Assembly (NCBI RefSeq): GCF_018350175.1
Contig: NC_058383.1
Coordinates: forward strand, 28,088,001 to 28,152,000
Origin: Felis catus
Lineage: Eukaryota
Direction: 5' to 3'
Length of the DNA: 64,000 bases
The position numbers and the translations under genes were made by a program. The notes below the pieces were generated by a model that ran no database searches, was not told where the DNA came from, and saw only the letters and a list, made by a program, of their open reading frames with translations. This document shows positions 41,101-53,100 of the stretch, piece after piece. Each line of letters begins with the position of its first letter. Positions within the stretch are counted from its first letter, which is position 1.

Positions 41101-44100
41101 AGATGAGCCAAAAACAACCGTATGTCCGCTCCGTCTCCACGAGAATGCTTGAGACAAAAAGCTGGCATGTTTTCACAGTCTTTAAGATGGTTTCCTTTCC
41201 GTTTCTCTCTGTGACCAAAAACCAGCCCTGGCAAACAGTCCCGGGGGCCAACGCATCTGCTGACCTTTGATCTGGTTATTCAGAGTGACCACTGCCTCCG
41301 GAACACCTTCTCCTTCGGGTCCATTCAAGACCCTCCCGGTGACTGAGAATCCCATGACGTGGAACACGGGCTGGAAGATGAAGAACAAGGTCTGCAGGTG
41401 CCTGAGCGCAAGAGCCTCCCTGGTTCACTCACGCCACCAGTCAGCGATGCCACCGCTCAGCCCAGCCGCCCATGTGGGAGCCCCGTGTGCCAGCCAGGCC
41501 CCTCCCGGCCCCCCAACTCACGCTGCTCCCACACCGCTGCGCTTTCCCCGGGGTCCACCTGCTTTCTTACATTCCCAACACGTTGATGTCTGTCAAATAA
41601 CTGGATGACAGAGATCTAGAAGTTTACTCCTCCAGTTAAAGCTCACGGAGTCAAACTTGAGAGAGCCCCCCACCCTTGCTCCCAACTGCCTCCTCCCCTC
41701 CAAATGCCCCCTGTTCCGCTGAACCGCACCATCCTCCAGTCTCCCAACCTCAAGCCCCAGCGTACCTGAGACCCCTCCCCACACTCCGACACCTATCTGT
41801 TCTCTGCATCCCACCCCCGCCAGTCTCTTCACACCACAACCCGGATTCATGGCCTTGTTGCCTCCACCTGGGCCACCTTCCTCATTTGCCATACCCCATG
41901 CTTGGTTTACACGTGTCTGTGCCCCTGCTCGTGAGTGCCATGGCTTTGCTCTCCCTGGAGTCGCTCTGTTCCAGCCCCCCTGATCTCTGGGGCCTCAAGC
42001 TGACCACATTTGGGCACGGCAGGCACGCCTCACGTGGGCCTGTTACATCAGCTGCTCTCTCGGCCTGGATCACTCTTTCCCACACGTGGAGATCGGGGCG
42101 GAGGCCTCTCCTTCTCACCACTCAGGTTTGGGCTCAAACCATTAGCACCTCTGTCCAAGAGGCCTTACCTGACTGTCCATCCCATCTCAGGGGCCCTGCC
42201 TCCTGCCAGGGCCGGTCACCATCTATCACGCTAAACTGTTTTATTAGCTTCGTCAGATTTTTACCACTATCTGAAGTGACCTTGTTTGATTTCTTATTGT
42301 TTGTCCACCTCTTATTGAATGCAAGCTCCATGAACATAGGGACCTTTTCTTAGTCAGCTGGTATACAGTAGGCACTCAATAAATCGCTCCTGAATGAAGG
42401 CACGCATGCATGCATACATACAAGAGCGTTTGAGAGAATTTCAAATAAAATGGCTTTTTTAAAATTCAGGAAGCCCCTCTTGATCCTTCCAACAAGATGT
42501 GGTTTATCCACATACTGATCCCTATATTCACCCAACAGCTACTTGTATGAGACACCTACTATGTGCCAGGCACTAAATCACAGTAGGAATAAAGAATGAC
42601 GCTCTGATGGCTCCTGACCTCATGCAGCTCATAGGCCACACCCTGAAATTTTATTCATGTGTTCAAAAACTTGCATTTGGTTGAGATCTGGGAATGTCCT
42701 TCCCCGCTCACCTGCCCCATCCTTCTCTGCCAGCCCCCTGAAGCAAAAGCAAGGACATCTCCTCACCCCCTGCCTACTCCGGCGTGCACAAAACAGTCAA
42801 GTGCTTTACGGAATCTTAAAAAGCAGTCAGAACCCCACTGAGCATGTGACCTAAAAGCTAGCTCCTACCAATTTAAGCTACTTTAACATAGTACTTTCAA
42901 ATGTAACATTAAAAGAAAGTGATTAAAATCTAATTTTTTCAATAACTGTAACACTGGGAGGTCCGTTTTTGGAGACTACTATTTTCTTTGGGGATCTGCT
43001 CTATCTAGAAAATTTTCTACAGTAACCATTATCTACTTCTGTAATTAAAGATAAAATGTGATGGAAAACACATTTACCACCTATTTTAGGATCTAGGGAG
43101 TTTGTCACCTCTCACTCACCCCCTCCCTGCAGCCCACACTCTCAGCTCCCACCTGGTTCATGGCCACAGCCTCCTAACTAACCCCTCCCTCACTTCCACC
43201 TTGCCCCTTGCAACCTCTCCTCAACATGACAGCCTGAGGAATCACAACTCCCCTCTGCTCAGAACCTCAGTGGCCCGCCAGGTCCTGTGCTATCTGCCCC
43301 GTCGTCTCTCCCTTCCCCATGCCCTCCGTCCCAGCCACCCCGGCCTCCTTGGGGTTCCTCAAACCCTCTAGGCACACTTCGGCCTCAGGACCTTTGCACC
43401 TGCCACTCCCTCCGTCTCAAACACTTCCCACCCTGCCTCTTTCCCCTCAGGTTGTTGCTCAAACACCACCCTCACGGTGAGGACTTCCAAGGGCACCCTG
43501 GAAGACCCCAACCCGTCTCAGTGTGTCACCTCCTTCCTTGCTTCATTCTTCTACACAACACTTACCACCTTCTGATACACTAGTGAATTTACCTATTGGA
43601 GCCACTGACGTCTGAAAGAACAGAATTTTGTGTCTAGTTAGGTCCCCACTGTACCCCCACCCCTGTGACAGTACCTGAACCGTCTGGCACTGGCACGCAC
43701 TAAATACATCTCATGGCACAAAGTAGCTATAACTCAGGCTCCAATTTTCTCAGATGAGGAAATTACTGAGAGTGGATCCCAGGCTGAACTGGAACAGAGC
43801 ACAAGATTCTGTTTTTCCCAGCAGCCTAGCCCTTACAGATACAATACTGGCTGTTTATTCTTAAACAGTTTGCAACGCCTGTGCCCAGGGTGGGCAACTT
43901 GGACACCTGTCCCTCCAGACGGCAGGCAGGTCTTACCTCAATTTTCAGGCTGTCGTGTTCCACTGTAAAGTCACGTCTAGAAGGAGCAACATCAAAAGTG
44001 ATCCTCTCTCCTCTATAGAAGGGGATCTAGAAGGAAGGGTCTGTTCATTACCAAGGGCCAACAACAAGATTCAACCATCAATATTAATAACTGACCCAAC

Positions 44101-47100
44101 AGGCCACAAATGACAAGGGGTTTGAGGCGAGCTGAGAGACAAAATATTAATCCTGTTGCCGATCTTAAAAGAGGAAGGCCCAAACTTTTTCCAGCTATTT
44201 ATTACTAAAGGGTCAGAATCTCGTCTTAAATAATTACACTACATAAAATGGTCATGAAACTGCAGGTCAATCATTTATTCCTTTTAACACCCAAATGGCA
44301 TTGATTCTTGCTGCGTTGTAAGAGTCCCATAGATTCACAGATGCAAATCTCTTCCACTCACCACAGTGTAGTCCCCACTTGGCAAGGAATAGAAGGAGAA
44401 GGAGCCATCTTCTTTGGAGACCACAAAGCACAAATACACCAGACTCTCGTCTTGGGGCTGGAAGCCGGGCACTGGTGAGATGTTGCAGCCCAGGACATCC
44501 TGTGCCAAGGGTGGGGGGAGGGTGGGTGAAAATGACTTCCTTTTCCACTTATGTGCTCTGAGCATCAGCAAATGGACATGCTATAAGAAAATTTTTCTAA
44601 GTTTTATGTCACGAGATACGTATTTCTGAAATCCAGGGCATAGTACTGGAGATAAAAGGAACACGGACTTTTTTACACTCAAGGTGAGAAGTTAAAAGTC
44701 GGCACAGTCTCCTTGGAAAAAAATGACGTGACTGTCTTCATCTATGACGGGTCACCACTCTCAACAAGAAAATGAAGCGCAGGAAGACGAAGTGGCCGGC
44801 CCACACAGCCAGCAAGAGGCAGGGTGGGGACTGGTCTGCACCTGGGTCGGACTGATTTCAGGGCCTGTGCACTTTCTGACATAGTCCACTCCTATCAAAG
44901 CCACTCAGCTTCTCGGGAGTCAACCAAGAAACACAGTGTTCTTAAACGTTGAAACAATACACCCACCTTGAGCTACATTTTCAGCAGTGTGTTCTTGGTC
45001 TGTAAGCCCGCAGCCCTGCCCACAAGTTTGTCTGTTCTCCACTTTTCTTTACTTACCTCTTTGGATACTACAGATGAGAAGAGAAGGAACTTCACCCCTT
45101 TCATGGGCTCCCCGTCGCTGCGGACTGACCCAGACACATTGTAGCCGGCTACGATGAGGGGGCTGGCGGCGTGGGCGTTGGAATTGGTCACCCGCACGGT
45201 GGTGCTCGCCTATGGAAGAGGGGAGTTTACCTTCCCAAGCAACAACCCCTCAAGGATGTTCAACAACAGGAAGACTTGCTTCAGCTAAAACAGTAACAGG
45301 GGGCACCTGGGTGGCCCAGCCAGTTAAGCCTCAGGACTCCTGGTTTTGGCCCAGGTTGTGATCTCACAGTTCGTGAGTCTGAGCCCCGCATCAGGCTCCG
45401 TGCTGACAGCACAGAGCCTGGTTGGGATTCTCTGTCTCCCTCTCTCTCTGCCCCTTCCCTACTTGCTCTCTCTCTACTGCGCTCAAAAGAATGATTTCCT
45501 TGGCATGGTAACACTTTACTTTTTCACATTTTTCCACCTTCCAAAATGTCCACCTCTGTTATCACTCCTGCTACCATGCTCTTCTATCTGCTCCAATTTT
45601 TTTAAATGAGCACGCTTTACTTTTTTTCCCGTATTTAATGGTGCAGATGCATGCATTTTTAAAGCCGTCTGCCAAAGCACAGTTTACACGGAGAAAACAC
45701 ACGCGTTGAAGGTGTACAGCACAGTGATTTTTCACAAACTGAACACACCCTGTGACCAGCACCCACCAACAGAATGGAACCGGCACCCAGAAGCCTCCTC
45801 ACGCTCATTTCCAAGGCACTACCCCCCAAGGGCACTCATTATCCTGATGTTTAGCAGCATGCCCTACTTTGAAACACAATTTTACATTAATAAACTCGAA
45901 TTCCTTTATGCATACAATTAACAATGTAAGCCTTAAAATTTATCCTAATCAGAATGTATAAGCCATGAGTTGTTTTGTTTTGTTTTGTTTTGTTTTAAGC
46001 CATGAGTTTTAAACAAAACCTTTTTAAAACCCTGAAAACTGGCAGGCGTGAACAGTATACAGAGAAGTCTAGGTGTGAAACCCTACTATCTGTTATACAT
46101 GCATAAAACCTTTTCAATAAAAACAGAAATAATGATTCTGATGGTTCTTTCGCAAGAATGACACACAGTCTCGGGACACATGGGTGGCTCAGTTGGCTAA
46201 GCGTCCAACTTTGGCTCAGGTCATGATCTGACGGTTCATGGCTTCGAGCCCCGAGTCAGGCTCTGTGCTGACAGCTCAGAGCCTGGATCTTGCTTCAGAT
46301 TCTGTGTCTCCCTGTCTCTCTCTGCCCCTCCTCCACTCAGGCTCTGTCTGTCTCTCAAAAATAAATAAATGTTAAAGAAAAAAGAATTTAAAAAAATGAG
46401 ACAGTCTCAAAACTAGTATAAAAGTTAACATGATGAAATGTCCTTTAGATCTTTCTTCAATTAGTTTTTCCACAGATTACAAAAGCTCACCTTGTCTGTT
46501 TCTTCCTTTTTTTGATCTTTTACTACGAACGATTTCCATCAAACAAAAAGATATGAAGACTACCCTAAAGAACACCTATATATACACTCTAACCAGCCGA
46601 AGAAATAAAAGCAGAAACAAAATTCAGGACCCTTGCGTACCTCCAAATCCCCCACCTGCCTCCCTCTATGGATGTCAATGTCACCACGGACTTGGTGTCT
46701 GCCATTCCCAAGCACAGCTTCGTGCTTTGTCTACATAGGAAGTACCCTGAATGTTTGTCACGACTATCTAAACAATACTGTTTCCTCACCTTCAGCTACT
46801 TGCTGTTTTCCCTCAACTTTATGTTTTTTTTTTACTTTATGGTTTTTTTTTTTAACGTTTATTTTTGAGAGAGAGAGAAAGAGAGAGCGAGCAGGGGAGG
46901 GGCAGAGAGAGAGGGAGACACAGAATCCAAAGCAGGCTCCAGGCTCTCAGCTGTTAGCACAGAGCCCAACGCGGGGCTCGAACTCACAGACCGCGAGATC
47001 ATGACCTGAGCCGAAGTCGGATGCTTAACAAACCGAGCCACCCAGGAGCCCCAAACTTCATGTTTCTAAATGTACTCCTATTGATCTACGTAGCTCTGGT

Positions 47101-50100
47101 TCATTCATTTTTGCCGTCCAACAGAATTCTACTGTGTGATGAAACCACTCTCCACCTAAAGGACATCAAGGTTGCTTATGATATTTTGCTATTACAAGCA
47201 AAACTGCAATAAACATTCTTTTATATTCTCCTTGGGCACACGTACAACAGGTTTCTAAAATGTTAAGTGTATTTATAGATTGCTGTTTCAGGCAGGAAAA
47301 AGAACAACAAATAAATCTAATCGGGTCCTTCTGGTGTTGATTCAGCTTAAAATAGCTACAGTTAATAACAGACCTATTTCACAGAAGGAAGGCAATATTG
47401 TCACCTAAAACCAAAAGCAACATAAGCAACATCTGCTACACTGAGTTTTATCTTATAAATACCACCAAACCAATCAGTAGCACTGTCATTTTTCATCTAC
47501 TTCCAGAAAAACCATAAACCCATTTCATACTTTGAACTGAAATCTGTACGTTTGTCCCCAAACCAGAACACTGCTGGCACAGCTATCAACATAAATGAAA
47601 TACTCACCTCCTTCAATGCCCAGGTTGGATGAGTTGCAAGAATTTCATAATCTCCAGGAAGAACTTTAAAAAATGCAAACCTAAGACATACAAAGAGCCA
47701 ATGAACTTTCTTTCAAAACAACCCAAGTATACTAACTTATGACTAGTATTGGAAGCACTAGAAAATAATGTTCGAATTATCACAAACTGGCCATTAGCTG
47801 GTTAAATGAGCATAAACAAAATTCAATCCTTCACTGTACAAATCACATCAGGGAGCACTTATTGAGTACTTCCTGTATATAAAAACAGGTGTTCTGTGGG
47901 CTGACAGGAAGGAGGTTTTAGGTTTCTCCTGAACCCCAAGGATTTCTGACCTGAGAACCAGTCACTGTGGCTTAGCCAGGGATCAGCCACAGAACTTGCA
48001 AGTGCATTTTGACAGAGGCGTTAGGCATGAATAGGCATAGAGAAGGGAAGGGGTGCCAAAGGAACAGAAGTGGGAAGGGAGGAGTCCCGTGTAAAGAAGA
48101 GAGAACAGATCCGACAGGCTGAGGCCATCGCTAACACAAGATGATGCTGATGACACTGGTAGGGCAAATGACAGCAAGCTTCGAATCCTGTGCCGGAGAG
48201 TTTAGACGTGTTAGCAGAAACAAACAGTAAAAGGCGTTCCGGGCTCTTGCACAAACTACTGTGATGAAATCAGATGCTGACAAAGACCAGTTAGGTAGCT
48301 GTAGACAAACCAGCCCCAGAGTGACAGGAGATGAGGCTGGGAAGGCCACCAGCAGGATTCTGACATATTTAACCCTTTCAAAGCGCAAAGCCCAGACGAC
48401 GAGAGGGCTAACTCTAGTGAAATGGACGATCAAAAATCCACCTAATTTCTTCTCCTGTGGTGTCATTTTGCTACTTTGCTACAGTAACATGGAAATGACT
48501 ACTGGATTTTGCAATTAGTGAGATTTAACCTCTACTTCTGCAGGGTAAGATCACTGTTTTAGATAAGGGCAGAGGAATGAGATTCAACAAGTTCAGGTCA
48601 CTCTTCCCAGAGAGGTCAAAAGCAAACTACTACTAGTCTAGAGAAAATGGAAGCCCCTCGTCCCCCAGCAGGCTTCAATCAGGTAGAAGTAAACGTTATC
48701 CCCAGACTGAAAAATAATTTCGACAACCCTCATTTAGAAACTGGATAGCTTACCGACAGACTCATTATCAACTTCTAATTTGCAGTTAAGTTGGTTTTGT
48801 ATACTGAAGGAGTAATGATTTGAATGCTTTCAAAATTATCAGTTGGAACTATTCTGAATTAATCTTGGCACATCTGTTAACACTTACAACTTGACGACAT
48901 AGATCCATTAAATAAATGGCTTTAAATCTGACTCAACAAGGTTAATTTAAATAGTTGTCGCTTCGAACTACAAAATAATTTTCATGTAATAGTGATGAAA
49001 TGATTTTTTAAAAATCATAATAGAGCAAATCTATATGGAGCTAACACGATTAAGCATGTATTCCACACCAGGCAGTTTGAAATAAAAATATTAATTTAAT
49101 CTTCCTAATAACCTTGGGAGGTGGGCTCCACCACCACCGTCACTTGTAAATGAGAAAACTAAGGGCCAAAGGCATTAAGTAACTTGTCTGGGACCAAACC
49201 CAGTAAGTGGGAGAACAAGGACCCAAACCCAGGTTTTCAGGCTCCAGAGCCAGCCCCAGCTGTTAAATGAAGGCCTACTACGTGCCAGGCACTACCGGAG
49301 GGACTGTAGAGACCTTAACTCATCTCCTCAGTGCTGGAGGAGAGAAGTCAGATGACTTCTTTCACAGACAAAGGGTTTGACCTTGCCTGAAGAGTCCAAA
49401 CCAGGATTTAAACCCAGGACTCCTTATACCTGAAGCTCCTCCAGCCCCAGTAACAGCACCCCCTCTCCGTGAGGCAGGATGACACGGGCACAACTCACTT
49501 TCCACCAGGCTGGGTCACGGTGGACTGGATCTTCGCTTCGGTCCCCGTGTTTCTCAGAGACACCTGAACTCCTGCGGGGCCCAGGGGCTGCCCTTTGCTG
49601 AGAACCTGGCGAGGAGAAGGAGGTCAGGACTGAAGCCAGGTGCAAAGCTCTCTCCACTCAGCAGAACTGCCCAGCCCGTTCATGTCCCCCCTCATGGAGC
49701 TTATATCCTTTCTGGGGTCAAGACTCCTTTACAAAGATTAGACAGATCACGGAGACCCTTCCCAAGGAGAGCTGAGGGGCTGAGAGAGGGAGTAGTAACA
49801 GGGAAATAATACTTTGTTTCACTGAATCTAAGACACCATCAGCCAAACAGACACCATTATTCTACAATCTCTACAGAGAAAGAAAACAATATCCATGATC
49901 CTTCTCCCCAGCAAGAAATTCACACATGAAACCAGGACCCCCTGGCCTCATCCAAGGGTGAGCGCCTCACTCTCGGTGTAAAGGTAAAGGAGAAATGAAC
50001 CCGCCAGGCAGAAAAGGACAGCAAAGAAATCTGCACGTGTCAACCTTGGTGCCGGATGGAGGGAGAAAAAAAAACTCCCCTGAGAATCCGAGCTCGAAGC

Positions 50101-53100
50101 TGCCATTCGCACAGGTTAGCACTCCAAATTCACATGACCAGGGGGGCCCAGAAAACTCTCAGGGAATCCAGTTTACTGAGACAGCCCCTGGGGGAGGGGC
50201 CAAAGCAAACGCAAATCCTGTCTGGAAGAGGCCGGCTTGGGTTTCCCTCAGTGAGGACAAGATGCCACCCGGCCTGGGGCCTCCGTTCTTCCTGTCCTCA
50301 CCCCTATGAGAGGCCAGCCCTAGCAGTTATTCGCCAGCAGCCTTTACAGGGGAGTGGCCTGGCATTCCCTCGCAAGCGCCCTTGTGGAAGAATGAGAGGG
50401 AACCTAGATCTGACCCTGAAAAACACCCGCTACCTTGTACATGAAATTCCACCCTCCCGAAGCCTACCTATGGGTCCCGTGTGGGCTTACCCGCCCATTT
50501 AAAGAAGGTTAAGAGAAGACACAGTATATAATACGGAGCAACCATTAAAAAGAGCAATCTTCCAGAGCCAAACCTTTCCATTCACAGAGAACCCCGTGAA
50601 CACAAAGTTGATGTCCCCGCCCTTTGTGCAGATGTCGCTGACGCCGTCCACGTAGAGCTCCACGTTTGTTGGCTCTGAGAAGTGAAGGTGGGAGGGGAGG
50701 GAACAAACAGGATACGAGACACAAGAGCAAGTTTAGTGCTGAGGTACGGTGAATGTGCCCGGGCAAAACACCCCTTACCAATTAACTTTCATTTCTTTTT
50801 GAGCACTTACTACGCGCGCAGGGTTAAAACTCCAAAGGTACCAGGAGGTATGAGGAAGGTCTCCCCCCGACCTCTTCCCCGGACACCCAGGTTCCCACCC
50901 CAAGGTGAAACAGCGTGTGCAGGATGATATGCTTTGATGACAGTCTTTCGGCTGAGCTGTATGTCAGAGCCTCAGTGACAATTCAGGACGCACCAAATCG
51001 TTTCAGTTCCTGGATGCTTACCACGGACCAGACACGGAGCTAAGTGCGCGTGTTCCTCACAACTACGTGAGCAGGGGGTTAAAAACGCCTCCAACTGATT
51101 ATTAAACTGACACAAGGAAAGGTTAAAGGACCCCCCTCCCCAAAGTCACAGAGCTTGTGAGTGACAAAGCCCCAATTCAACCTGCAAAAGCCTGCCTCCA
51201 AACTGTCCCCTGACCAAGTGCGTGAGTGCAGCCACCGCAAAACGGGACGGGAAGCTCCAATGCCCACGGGAACCAAGCAGGGAGACAGGCCGCATGGGCC
51301 TAGGGTGAATGGAAAAGGGGAAGCCACTACCCACTTTGCACCAAATGCCAACTTTCTCACAAAAAAAACGGAAACCTGGATTTTTATGTGCTATCTCCAG
51401 AATTTTCAATATTAACAACTAATTGATTTTGTCTAAAAAAACTGAAGAGGTCATCATAACAAGGGTTCAAGCTTTTAAAAGGTTAGGAAGAGGGGCACCC
51501 GGGTGGCTCAGTCGGTAAGTGTCCCACTTCAGCTCAGGTCATGATCTTGCGGTCTGTGAGTTCAAGCCCTGCGTCAGGCTCTGTGCTGATGGCGTGGGGC
51601 CTGCTTGGGATTCTGTCTCCCTCTCTCTCTGCCCCTCCCCCACACACATGTTCTCTCTTTCAAAATAAATAAATAAACTTAAAAAAAAATAAAAGGTTAG
51701 GAAGAATATAGAATGGTAAGTAGAGAAAAAAATGGGAAAATCAGGAGAATTTTGGGTAAAGAATTACACACACACACACACAGAAGATGCCAATAAAAAA
51801 TGCACAAAAGACTTAAAACAGACACCTCACAAAAGAGGCTGTCAACATGGCCAATAAACACATATAAAAAGCATTTATCTCATTGACCATGGAGCAAACA
51901 TGAGACACCACCACATTACCACCAGCATGGCCAAAATGAAAAAGAGTGACCATACCAAGTGCTGGGGAGACGACGAGGCACCTGGAACCCTGCTCACTGC
52001 TGGTAGAGCAGAATTTGCCAAACTGCTTGGATATTTGACAAGATCTACTACAGCTGCACATGTAAACGCACTGTCACCCAGCAAGTTCCCTTCTGGGGTA
52101 TACCCAACAGAAATGCAAACATGCTAAAACGTGTACCAAAAGATATGAACAAGGACGTTCGCAGGAACACTATACTTAGTGGCCAAAGTCAGCAGCCCAT
52201 ATGTCTGTCCACAGAAGGGGGTGAATCACCTTCTATTCACACGGTAATCAAATGAGCGAACAAAAGCTACAGGTAATACAGATGAACGTCTTTACCAATG
52301 TCAAGAGGAAGAAACCAGTTGGCAGGAGGGGAGGGGACTCAAACAAAACACTCCCACAGGGTGCTGAATCTGCAACCTCTGCTTTAGTCCTATGCTGGGT
52401 TTCCTCCACCTCCGGCTTTCTGGAAGGCACAGGTCAGGTCCCCCCCAGCTATGAACTGGAAAAGAACTTTCCTCACAGAGCCACACTAGCTCTCGGCCAT
52501 GTGAGCTGCACTGTACCCTTTGTGATGGCAGGGACTAAATTCTTCCTCCTCTAACTCAGGAGCAAGATGGCCTGAACCAACCAGCACCCCAGCCCCCCCC
52601 TTCCCAAGCGACAGAACAGGGATAAACACACATCCCATCCACTCTTGGAAGCCAGGACAAAGCAGAGCCCTCTCTTCTTATCTCAACCCCATTCCGTTCC
52701 ACATCTCCAGCTCTGATACAAGGCAGACACATCAGGAAAGTTTTGAGCTTTTGTCTGTATGTGTGCAGAATGCTTTTAAGTATTTATTCCCTACTAATTA
52801 TGTGCCAGCCTTTCTCAGCACGTACACACACTAGCCCATTAAATCTCCAAGACAGGCCATGAGGCAGCTACAACCCCTTCCCTGACCCCCTAGCGAGCCC
52901 TTTCCTGACCCCCTAGCGAGAAGACACCAACCCAGGGGGAAGTAACTGATCCAAGGTCGTCACAGAGCCAGTAAAACCCAAGGATGCCAGATCTTGTGAT
53001 CTTTTTTTTTTTTTTTTTAATGTTTTTATTTATTTTTGAGAGACCACAAGCGGGGAAGGGGCAGAGAGAAAGGGACAGAGGATCTGAAGCGGGCTCTGCG

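Noticed and set aside
41676..42353. 225-aa plus-strand ORF
   Set aside because: Lies in a C-rich L2 relic antisense to a NOMO1 intron; non-ATG start, low-complexity P/L/S composition, no recognisable domain
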